DNA from: Octopus bimaculoides | Taxonomy: Eukaryota | Length of the DNA stretch: 38,658 nt | Assembly: GCF_001194135.2 (NCBI RefSeq) | Contig: NC_068983.1 | Coordinates: 118,747,798 to 118,786,455 of the forward strand | Direction: 5' to 3' | In this document: positions 24,461-34,250 of the stretch, piece after piece | How positions within the stretch are numbered: the stretch's first letter is position 1 | Layout: each line of letters starts with the position of its first letter | Notes under the pieces: model-generated | Told to the model about the DNA's origin: nothing | Database searches by the model: none | The model's input: the letters and a program-made list of their open reading frames with translations, nothing else | Made by a program: the position numbers and the translations under genes

Positions 24461-24523
24461 GAAATTTCGAGCCTGGGTTCTTGTTCCTAACGTATTTTTC
24501 GATGTTGTTTCTATTATTCAGTT

Positions 24524-24593
24524 CACTGCCTGGAATCGAACTCGGAATCTTAGGGTTAGTAGCCCCGTGCTCTTAACCATTTCGCCATATGCT
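24524..24593 (-). other. tRNA-like (Arg-like) Pol III head inside the PLE terminal repeat; not an intact tRNA gene
   Basis: Minus strand: gagcatatggcgaaatggttaagagcacggggctactaaccctaagattccgagttcgattccaggcagtg. A-box tggcgaaatgg, B-box gagttcgattcc; acceptor stem does not close. Confidence 0.75.
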
Positions 24594-25675
24594 CGTGGGC
24601 AATTATTGAGTGAATTTTAGGGTTTATAAATTTAATATTTTCCTATCCTTCTTTAATACTGGTTCTCATATGCAACTCATATCTGCACTCGGTCTGCTTA
24701 GGAGGTTGTGTCCTATTTCATATTTTCCAGTGGCGTTCTCTATCTAATATTTTAACTTAATCCCATAGGGGGAGGTGGTTTCCATTTTTCCATACATGAT
24801 CGGCTATACCCGATTTATCAATATCTCCTCGTGTCACAGCTTTGTGATGTTCATCTACCCTTATTTTGAGGCACGTTTCGCCTTTGTATAACCTACCACA
24901 GATGTCTGGGATGGAGTACACGCAATCTTTGGTCATATTCTCTTCTGTTGGTGGTTTTACTCGAAGGAAATATTTGCGAAGTGTTGTATTACTCTTGAAT
25001 AGTGTCCTGATGTCATATGGGCCGCATATCTTTTGTATCTTTTTGGAGAGGCCTTTCACATAGGCTAGACAGACTGTAGACAGTTTATTGGTTTCATCCT
25101 ATCTTTTCTTCATAATTGGAGTGGATAGTATGTTTTTGGGGTAGTTGTTATTTAATAGATTGTTACTTAGCTTGATCATTTCTTCGTGGTGGGCATCACA
25201 ATCGCTACTTATATTCTTTGCTCGATGATTTAGGCACTAAGCAATCCCTCTCTTTACACTGTATGGATGGTGGGAATTGAAGTTGAGGTATCGTCCAGTG
25301 AAGGTCGGCTTGCGATATACGGATGTCCTGAATCCATACTTGGTGCGTGTTATTAATACGTCCAGGAATGCTAGCTGGTTGTCTTTTTCCTTTTCCATTG
25401 TGAACTGTATGAATGACTTTATTGAGTTCACATGATCTAATAGCACTTGAACATCTTCCTACTGGAGCCAGAGTATAAAGGTGTCATCAACATATCGCAG
25501 CCCTAGGGTTGGTTTTAGTGGTGTTGATCCTAAAGCCAAGTTCTCAAAGTATTCCACCTATATATTGGCTATTATCGGCGATAATGGCGAACCCATAGCT
25601 AAACCTTCTTCTTGTCAATATATATCAGTGTCCATACTGAAGTAGGTACTTTCTACACAGAAGGTCAACATTTCC

Positions 25676-26005
25676 AAATCGGGTATAGCTGATCACGTAT
25701 GGAAAAATGGAGACCACCTCCTCCTATGGGATGAAATTACAATGATAGAGAACATCACTAGAAAATACGAAAACTAAAGGAAGCAGCACATATGTTAGGA
25801 CACAACAACCTCCTAAGCAGACCGAGTGCATATGAGAACCGGTATTAAGGAAGGATAGGAAAATATTATATTTATAAGCCCTAAAATTCATTCCATAATA
25901 GCTCACGGGCATATAGCATAGTGGTTAAGAGCGCGGGTATATCAGCCGAAACGTTGTGTTAACAACAAAGATGAGGACAAATATTCGTCAAATGTAAATA
26001 ATGTA
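25676..26005 (+). mobile_element. Inverted partial copy of the PLE 3' end (inverted pLTR)
   Basis: Starts aaatcgggtatagctgatcacgtatggaaaaatgg, the reverse complement of 24816 downward, and abuts the RT truncation point. Includes the ORF end, half of the tRNA-like head and the 3' half of the hammerhead motif. Confidence 0.9.
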
Positions 26006-27759
26006 AAAAGAGATGATATTTGATTAGAATTCGTAGTTTTTAAGTTCCTTCTTAACAACTTGACAATTTCCTGTCAATGGATAGGCAGAATCAAAAAAGC
26101 GACAGGGAAAAATACTTAGTCATATTTAGTTACAGCCTTTAAAGTTCTCATCAATACAGGTACATTTGGTTCGTATTGCAAGCATTCAGGCCAGGTCTTC
26201 GGTGTTCCCTCCCTCTTATTTGTCCTATGAATGGTCATGAGCACTGCCTTCCCTCCTGATTAAGAGAATAACTGAAACCACCACCGAAATTGACTTTGCT
26301 ATTTAGCCATGTGAGATCGATAAAATAAAGCACAGTACAAGTACGGTCATGACGGAAATTAATATTTGTTAGATTCCCATTTCTCAAAGTCTATATCCCA
26401 TCAGAATGGTCAGCGGTGCATGTAGTTAATAATTTTCAACTAATCTGCATCATGAATTTACATGAGGAATTAACTATGCTCTTTCTCAAAACATTAATAT
26501 TTTATACTGGGTCTCCGATTTGTTTTGATACTTTTAAAAAAGGCGTCGTTTTGCTATAAGTACAGTATGAAGATCTTTAATCTTCATACTACATCGTTGT
26601 CTTTTCCCTTTACATGTTATAAGGAAGCACACGATGAACATAGATTTGTGAGACTCAATTACTTCTCGCTATCTTCCAAAAGTTTTCTTGACCAGCAGTT
26701 TAAGATACTAAAATCTTCTTTGTCATTAGATCAGAAACTGCTGATTTCCGTGCAGTAATTACTTCTATAATCATGTATAATTTGATGGAAGAATAGATAA
26801 ATTTGCCGTATGTATATCGTAGAGAAAACTTCATTTTGTCAGATGATTCAGAAAATGAAATTTTTCAAATGCAATTTGAAAACCAAAAAGATAACGTCAG
26901 CATCGGAAGTAATACATAAAGAACATCCAATTATATATCCAGAAAACATTCTATGGGAAGTAATGAAGTAAGGAATAGTCACACATTCAAATCTTTTAAA
27001 TAGTGAACCATGGTAAAATATAATAATATGCTAATGGATTTTTGTCATATTCATTTGGGTAAATAAAATTTACTGCACAGCTGAAGGTACTTTTGTAAGC
27101 GATATCAATTAGAAAGCGAATAGTATTAAACGGTTGCATGCATTAATTTCATAGAAACGAATTGTTTATATAAATCTGTATTCAAACTAATATTGTCGAT
27201 AGAATACTTATTTTAACCAAAGACGATAATCAAAGCCCTAATTTTGAAGTATTCGCAAAATTTTGCTTACGCTGTTTCGTGTAATTATCTAAGAAAAATA
27301 CCAAAGAGTTAAAAAGAAGAGAAGAAAAATAAATAAAAGTACATATATTTACTCGTCTGAGTGCAAAACTTATGAATGTAGTATTAATGTAGTATGTTGC
27401 TACAACAAATGATAGAAAATCCATTTCGCATATTTATAGGCTGAAGTGAATGTTAAAGCTATGTCCGGATATATTCTTTATTCCTCCTTATATTCAGTTC
27501 TGGCTATCATTGTACTCAATCTTTTATTTTCGACTTTTTGTTATAACTTCACTGACTGCGTACGATGAAGAGAGAAAATACTTGTGCTTGTTGATCGGCT
27601 GTTCTTCGAGTAAGCTAAATTATCTGCGTATAACTAATAAAAAAAAGTAGATCTCATTTACACCAGTTGCCAAAAATAACACCTCTGCCGGTCTGTTCGT
27701 TCTCCTCTGGCTGTATATCAAATAACTGTAATAAAAAAATACACTTTTGCGCTCGCACA

Positions 27760-27870
27760 CTTGTTCAGCGTTGTGCCTGACAGATGTGATATTTGATGAG
27801 TTTGAAGTTAGAGCAACTGTAGCAAAGTTATGCACCAATAAAGCTCATGTTCCAAAAATTACAACAGTTT
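27760..27870 (+). pseudogene. Possible short LINE ORF2 relic
   Basis: Reads LTDVIFDEFEVRATVAKLCTNKAHVP, resembling the pre-RT EV...L...KA.GPD motif. Short and isolated. Confidence 0.3.
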
Positions 27871-28264
27871 TTTCCCCCTCAAACCCTGTACTACTCATTT
27901 TACTCATTTATCATTCTAAATTTTAACTTTTCTTTGATTACCACTCCGTATCTTACATTTATGCCACCTATTAAGATCAAATACACTATTAGGTTAAAAA
28001 GTTATCACCCTAAACTTGTTATTTCCTCTATAACTAGAGTGCATCTCTTTTAACTGAAAGACCCACTGGATGTAAACATTTAACATACTGATAATTATAT
28101 AAACTTCAAGAAAGTATTTTTTTTTTCAAAACAGTAAAGTTGATTTTGGCGGTACTTTTGGTCATCTTTTTAATCCGGAAGGGAAGGCAGTGTTCATAAC
28201 CATTCACAAGACAAATGAGAGGGAGGAAGAAAAGTATACTCAAACCGAAGACCTGACCTGTACG

Positions 28265-28470
28265 ATACCACCGCCTTTGCGAAGGCAGAGGTATTGTTTT
28301 CAGTCGTGTTTGTTTGCTTGTGTGTCTGTCCGTGGACTAGATATTTCAAGGTCTGCTGAATGGATTCAGATGAAACTTTCAGGGATGTTTGGCCTTGTGA
28401 CTCGCACGAACTGATTAGATTTTGGGATCGATCCGGTACAGGACAAAGATTCTGGAGGAAAAAGGCGAAA
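28265..28470 (+). mobile_element. 5' part of a Helentron-type non-autonomous element (HINE/DINE-1-like)
   Basis: accaccgcctt..aaggcagaggtattgttttcag, gtttg/gtct microsatellite-like tract, ggattcagatgaaactttca, gaactgattagattttgg..gatccgg. Confidence 0.65.
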
Positions 28471-28741
28471 ACAAGAGAAGACTCTGAAGGACCAGCAACA
28501 AAACCAGATAGGACGCCCAAAGAAGGTAAGGAACCGCCTATATCCAAACACATGCAGACGATAGAAACAGAACCAAAAGAGCGAGAATCAGTAGAAGGGA
28601 CTGAATAGCACGGTTTTAAAAACAGGGCATTCATAGTGTACTACGAAAAGAATGTAGATGTGGAAAGGAGGATTGGTTCTTTTCCCTTTGAACGGCACAT
28701 CAAGAAATTAATTTTTTGTAACTGAACACTTTCAAACTTTG

Positions 28742-29594
28742 GACACTGGTAGAATGTGTCATATAAAACATCTTTTACTCTTAGTGGTGTTGAGAAAAGT
28801 TTATATTTTCAAAGTTATTTCGTGTTAAAGTTGTCGTATTTCGGTAATTTCAATTAATCAATGACGTGCATTCAGCTGAATAAAATTACTGCTGTTGTTT
28901 GTCAACAACAACTATCGGTGGTGTATATTTCGTTTGTCACTGTTATTTAAAACATCGTTCGTGCGTTTGTACTGGTTTTAGTCTTGGGGTTTTAGGGTTA
29001 GGGTTAGGGTTCGGGTTTTAGAGTTAGGGTTAGGGTTTTAGTGTTAGGTTAGGGTTAGGGTTTTAGGGTTAGGTTAGGGTTTTAAAGTTAGGGTTATGGT
29101 TAGGGTTTTAGGATTAGGATTAAGGTTTAGAGTTAGGTTAGGGTTAGGGTTTTAGGGTTAGGGTTGGGGTTTTAGGGTTAGGGTTGGGGTTTAGGGTTAG
29201 GGCTAGGGTTAGGGTTATTGGAGAGGGAGGGGGCAAAAATGTCTTTCCGAAAATAGTGGCTGAAAAACGGGGGAAAAAAACTAAAAGCAGTAGAAATGCA
29301 CGAACGATTGTGGTGGTGCCATGAAGTAAACATGCTTCAGATACACTCGTTTATTCCTACAAACGTAACTGAGATGAAATATGTCATAAATAACAGTGAC
29401 AAACGAAATATACACCGCCGGAAGTTGTTGTTGACAAACAACGACAGTAATTTTATTCAGCTGAATACACGTCATTGATTGGTTGAAATTACCGAAATAC
29501 GACAACTTTAACACGAAATTACTTTGAAAATGCAAACTTTTCTCAACAGCACTAAGAGTAAAAGATGTTTTATATGACACATTCTACCAGTGTC
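28742..29594. mobile_element. Long-arm foldback element enclosing a TTAGGG-type array
   Basis: Arms 28742-28981 and 29281-29594 are reverse complements; the left arm lacks about 75 bp present in the right. The right end runs into the N gap, so true termini and TSD are unseen. Confidence 0.85.
28982..29217 (+). repeat. Interstitial degenerate telomere-like array (TTAGGG with TTTTAGGG and TTAGG variants)
   Basis: Directly visible. Confidence 0.95.
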
Positions 29595-30090
29595 NNNNNN
29601 NNNNNNNNNNNNNNNNNNNNNNNNNNNNNNNNNNNNNNNNNNNNNNNNNNNNNNNNNNNNNNNNNNNNNNNNNNNNNNNNNNNNNNNNNNNNNNNNNNNN
29701 NNNNNNNNNNNNNNNNNNNNNNNNNNNNNNNNNNNNNNNNNNNNNNNNNNNNNNNNNNNNNNNNNNNNNNNNNNNNNNNNNNNNNNNNNNTTAAGAGTTG
29801 AAGAATTTAAAAAGTTTTAAAATATGAACATTAAAAAAAAAAGATGAAGATGTGAACTTAAAAAAAAAAGGAAAAAAATACTTCAAAATAATATCTAAAT
29901 GTAACCGCTCGACTTCGGGAGTCGAGTGTGCACTGCGCCTCATTTTATCATTTTCATTCGTTCTTTTTATTTTTTCCTCTTCACTCGATTTCTTTCTGTA
30001 TTTTTATTTCCCCGATTATGTGTCCTGTATTGTTTTATAATGTCCCATCTATGTTTGGCCCCTTGTGGGTAATAAAAAATCAGGACGTTA

Positions 30091-30133
30091 GAGTTGCCTT
30101 GGCGGAGGTTTGCGCTTTCTGAGTGCTCTTGTT
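30091..30133 (+). mobile_element. 3' end of a Helentron-type non-autonomous element
   Basis: gccttggcggaggtt (inverted to the 5' accaccgcc motif), small hairpin gcgct-ttctg-agtgc, then tcttgtt. Confidence 0.6.
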
Positions 30134-30349
30134 AAAATTGTTGTCTGTCTGTACTTCCATTCCATATTACCTTCTGTAACTTAGCTATTCAAACAGATTC
30201 GATAGAAGTAATCAAAAGCCATATGTAAAATGAGTGTTGAATGAATAAAGAAATAGTGATTTTTAACTTTTTGACAATTCTTATTCATCACATAAAAGTA
30301 AAAGAGTCCGATGCCAACTAACAAATGTTCAATTCTATTTAAGTATGTA

Positions 30350-31600
30350 TTGATCTCAAATTTTGGCACAAGGCCAGCAATTATGAGAAAGAGTGCAAGT
30401 CGATTACACCAACCCTAATACTTATTTTATCGACCTCGAGAGATGAAAGGTAAAATCAATCCCGGCGGCATTTGAATTCAGAATGTAAAGTCGGAATAAT
30501 ACCGCTAAGCATTTTTCCGGCGCAGTAATGATTCTGACAGCTCACTGTCTTTATGTATATTTTTAAGTATATGTTAAACAATCAAATAATTTCAATTGCC
30601 TTTTCTTTACAACACTAGATTTTAGATATTTAAGTTGTTTTGCATTATTTGTCAAAATGTGTATCTACAATTTAAGAGAACAAGCAGAATCACTCAACAT
30701 GTTATTAAAGTTGTTTTTGCTGTTCAAAACTAACATTCGAATTTATGGTCTGTTTTCCATTAAAAATGGAAATCAGGTCATGTCAGCATTTATAGCATTG
30801 TAGTGCTGATTTGTGTTTACTCGGTTTAAAGTTCTTTAGTTCTTTCTTTTTATGTAAGGATTTACATAAACGTAAGGAATTATGTAGGGCTTTAGATTAC
30901 GCAAAAAAAACAAAACAAAACAATTCTTATGTTTTCATACACAAAAATATACGCGTCTTCATTCTAGTTTAGGCTCAAGGTCATGCAATTTTAAGCAGAG
31001 AAGTTTAGTCCATACCATCGATCCCAGTACTTGACTGGTAATTTATTTTATCAACTCCGGATGGATAGAATGAAAAGTTGACGTCTGCAGCCTTTGAACT
31101 CAGAATGCAAAAAGCCAGAACAAACAATGGTAAGAAAATTTTTCCGGCTCACAACAATTCTGCCAATGACTTGAAATGCTGATTTAAAATTTTGGCACAA
31201 GGTCAGCAATTTCGGTAAAGTGAGTGTGTCGATTACATCGGCCCAGTGCTCAACTGGTACTTTATCTTATCAACCCCGAAAGGATGAAAAGCAAAGTCAA
31301 CTGCAGCGGAATTTGAACTCAGAACGTGAAGACGGACGAAATGCTGGCGAGCATTTTACCCGGCGTGCTAACGATTCCGCCAGCTAGCCGCCTTAATGAC
31401 TTCAAATATCATTGGTTTCAAATTTTGGCACCAGGCTAACAATTTCGGGGTAAGGGGTATGTTGACTGCATCAGCCTCAGCGTTCAACTGCTACTTTGAA
31501 AGGATGAAAGGCAAAATGGGACTTCGGCAGCATTTGAACTGAGAACTTCAAGTCGGAAGAAATGCTGTTTCCCATTCTGCCAGCTCACCACCTTCACTTG
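30350..31600 (-). mobile_element. Cluster of four main-family SINE copies (about 30350-30552, 30965-31170, 31180-31395, 31410-31600)
   Basis: Each shows the reverse complement of the tail, body (cgaccccgaaaggatgaaaggcaaagt variants) and head; divergence varies between copies. Confidence 0.82.
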
Positions 31601-31799
31601 AAATATCANNNNNNNNNNNNNNNNNNNNNNNNNNNNNNNNNNNNNNNNNNNNNNNNNNNNNNNNNNNNNNNNAGTAGATCGTTCATCTATGTCCCCTTAA
31701 TGTTTGCTTTTAAACATAGTAGGGATCAATGTTGGTCCTAACAATGAAAGCCAAAATACATGTTTGTCTTTTCTTTTATATTTAGTTTGAGATAAAAGT

Positions 31800-32010
31800 G
31801 GAAAGCTGACAGAATCATTAGCACGCCGGGCAAAATGCTTAGTGGCATTTCGTCCGTTTTTACGCTCTGAGTTCAAATTCTACCGAGGTGAACTTTGCCT
31901 TTCATCTTTTCGAGGTCGATAAAATAAGTATCAGTCAAGCACTGGGGTAGATATAATTGGCTTATCCAGTTACCCAGAATTGCTGGCCTTGAGACAAAAT
32001 TTGAAAACAT
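31800..32010 (+). mobile_element. tRNA-derived SINE (tail type B)
   Basis: gctgacagaatcattagcacgccggg head, gagttcaaattc, body, gctggccttgagacaaaatttgaa tail. Confidence 0.87.
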
Positions 32011-32310
32011 ATTTAGTTTGAGATATAATTATTTAGAGGTTACATCTTACCATGCTCATTTCTGTTTTACTAGTTTTCAAGGTTCGTCTAAATCAGGATT
32101 TGTCAATCATTTTTTTAAATCTATGGACCCATTTGATTACTATTTTATTCTGGTGGATCTCATAGCCATGTTAGAAAACTAGTTAAATAGACATCTCTTT
32201 TTAAAATTCTTACATTGTTTTTTACAGATTAACTTGTGTAGTGTGAACTGTATAAAATGTTAGAGAAAGAAACCTAGCTGTTTCCTGCAATACATACCAA
32301 TCTATACATC

Positions 32311-32547
32311 TGAGGCGAAATTTTCCGCGAAGATAAAGAATACGTACACCACCCGTTTGCGGCGTAACAAAACCTCTAACCCTAATCCTAACCCTAAACC
32401 CTAACCTCTAACCCTAAACCCTAACTCTAACCTTATCCCTAAACCCTAACTCTAACCTTATCCCTAAACCCTAACTCTAACCTTATCCCTAAACCCTAAC
32501 CCTATATACCGGTTGTACGTATTCTTTACTTTCGCCAAATTTTCTCA
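32311..32547. mobile_element. Short inverted-repeat element enclosing a CCCTAA-type array, nested in the MITE
   Basis: Imperfect arms 32311-32350 and 32511-32547 share taaagaatacgtaca. Array at about 32372-32503 with a 25-bp higher-order unit. Confidence 0.75.
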
Positions 32548-32601
32548 GGGGCGCTTAAAATATTATTGTGGATCCCCAATGTTATAAGGACCCTCGGGGG
32601 C

Positions 32602-32688
32602 CATATAGGCCTACAGTGGTCATATAGGCCTACAGGGGTCATATAGGCCTACAGGGGTCATATAGGCCTACAGGGGTCATATAGACCC
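32602..32688 (+). repeat. 19-bp minisatellite, four full units plus a partial one (catataggcctacaggggt)
   Basis: Units start at 32602, 32621, 32640, 32659 and 32678 (partial). Confidence 0.95.
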
Positions 32689-33042
32689 AGTTTCAGAACC
32701 ACTGGTCTAAATGAAAACCAGAAACCTACTAAACTAATCCCCAGCAAAATGGTAACAAACTTTTTGTGCTCGGTCTTTGTACTTGTGAGCAGTTTAAAGC
32801 CAAAATAAAAAGCAGTTCCTTAGGACTTAAATAAGTTATTTGATATTAATATAATTATTTCTTAATTAATTTTCTTTGAAAAATAAACTAATAAAATATT
32901 TTATGTGATTACTTTTAAGCATTTCCATGTCATCTAATATGATTCTCTCCTTGTGTAAGTTTTGATTTTTGTTTTAAATCACTTTGAAAAATGGATTGGC
33001 TCCTAGCTTAATTTAAAAAAAGACGCATTTGATAATATAGTT

Positions 33043-33044
33043 CC

Positions 33045-33098
<54 letters not shown>
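33043..33098 (+). repeat. (TA)n microsatellite
   Basis: Directly visible. Confidence 0.96.
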
Positions 33099-33100
<2 letters not shown>

Positions 33101-33199
33101 CCAAGGAAAAAGAATGAATGGTCATGGCCGGAACGTCTTTGATCATAGGCATGGACAATCAGAGCTAACTTAAGGCTAGACAAAAATAATGTCACCCCT

Positions 33200-34250
33200 T
33201 GGATTTTGAGTGCTTTTAGCGGATTTCTTTCTGTTGTAAACCATCGAAGTAGACACCCAATTTGAAGATAATAATTCTTTTCATATTGCTGTACATCTGC
33301 CTCTGCATACTATCGATCACCATAAAATACCAGTAGAGAAGTTTTCCTTGTGAGGCCCCATAACTAAATAGGTAATAACTTGAACTAGTAAATTATACAT
33401 TAGAACATTGCCCTATCAGCAAGTAGAACCATTTTTTGTATCTGTGTACCCCCACCCAATTTTGTAACTGATAGTAATCCCTATCGAGCTTTTGGTATTG
33501 AGAGATCAGCGGTTTGCTACGTTCTCTGGCTCTTGCTTTTTTCTTCCTTTCTCCAACAGAATCATGCTTATTAATGACAGAGTAAAAAAAAAATCTAAAG
33601 AAACATACTGAACAATTCTTCCTTCTCTACATCAATACCCGTGGATTACGATTCAACATTCACTATACTAATCATCATTATCTACAAACACATTAGTCAC
33701 CGTTCTTTTCTTAGACACGAGTTTTTCGTCTACTGTTTCTAACTAATCTCTGCTATCCTAACAATATATTCCATGTTCTTTCTTAACAGACATGGTATTT
33801 ACATAGGCCCACACTCTCCAGCACACATCTAGCTATTTGTATATCAGTAACTGTTATTTCCAGTCATTTTTTCTCAAAGTCTCTCATCTTACGTTGAGGA
33901 CATCTGTTTCAGATCGCTCTCTCTCCGAAGCCATTGTCCTTGGCTACATCAATGCACACTCTCTCTTTTGGTTCTTGCACTTAGTGAAAATTCTGGCTCG
34001 AAGACCAAATTGTTTGCCATCCCGAACTCTTAATCCCAATTACTTTCTCAATCATATCTGAGTAATTCTATAGCTCTCAAAACCCAATATTTACTATACC
34101 ATTATTATTTTACCATTTATCAAACAAACCACTTCGTTCGGCAGCATAACAACCTTAACCTTCCAATACTCTGGTATTTTGAGTCAATAAAGTGGTTGAA
34201 ACTACATCAGTTCTATAATAATCATGTTTGACAATAAATTTGTTTCACAT
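33200..34250 (-). pseudogene. Highly decayed CR1/L2-group LINE ORF2 fragment
   Basis: Minus-strand relics in the expected order after allowing indels: CKNQKRVCIDVAK, I-P-K-A-x-D-R (ISKAFDRV-like), KWF.YL.DR, GASQGKLL (GxPQG-like), KLGVYFD. Confidence 0.5.

Larger units (their letters stand above)
24340..25675 (-). mobile_element. 5'-truncated Penelope-like element (RT plus GIY-YIG), probably Penelope/Poseidon clade
   Basis: Minus strand reads GLAMGSPLSPIIANIY, LRYVDDTF (YVDD at 25483-25494), FTMEKE..QLAFLDVLI..VYRKPT.TGRYLNFNSHHP, CVYSIPxxCGRLYKGET..IRVDEH..SGIADHVW, then the terminal repeat (pLTR). No Zn-finger linker is visible between RT and EN. Confidence 0.92.
32094..32704. mobile_element. 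hAT/Charlie-type MITE with perfect 8-bp TSD GTCTAAAT
   Basis: GTCTAAAT at 32086-32093 and 32705-32712. Left end caggatttgtcaatc (decayed), right end gtttcagaaccactg. Confidence 0.82.

Noticed and set aside
24524-24593. Genuine tRNA gene (also SINE heads at 14820 and 38240-38302)
   Set aside because: A and B boxes are present but the acceptor stems do not pair, and each head is embedded in a repeat.
25615-25617. In-frame TGA in the PLE RT, possible selenocysteine as in Naiad-type PLEs
   Set aside because: It falls at a position usually occupied by Arg/Lys before Q..G.AMG, so CGA to TGA decay is simpler. The copy has other disabling lesions and I see no SECIS evidence.
26760-26920. Acidic peptide LSDDSENEI as a possible piggyBac N-terminus
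   Set aside because: Low complexity, interrupted by stops, and no catalytic motifs or TTAA-CCC terminus nearby.
28470-28608. Charged ORF tail EDSEGPATKPDRTPKE...GTE* as a host exon
   Set aside because: The upstream half of the ORF is HINE sequence and the remainder is low complexity. It could be a LINE ORF1 relic but cannot be supported.
28982-29217. True telomere or chromosome-fusion scar
   Set aside because: The array is short, degenerate, single-orientation and enclosed by inverted arms, with no head-to-head TTAGGG/CCCTAA junction.
32602-32688. CRISPR-like array
   Set aside because: The units are contiguous with no unique spacers, and the context is eukaryotic.
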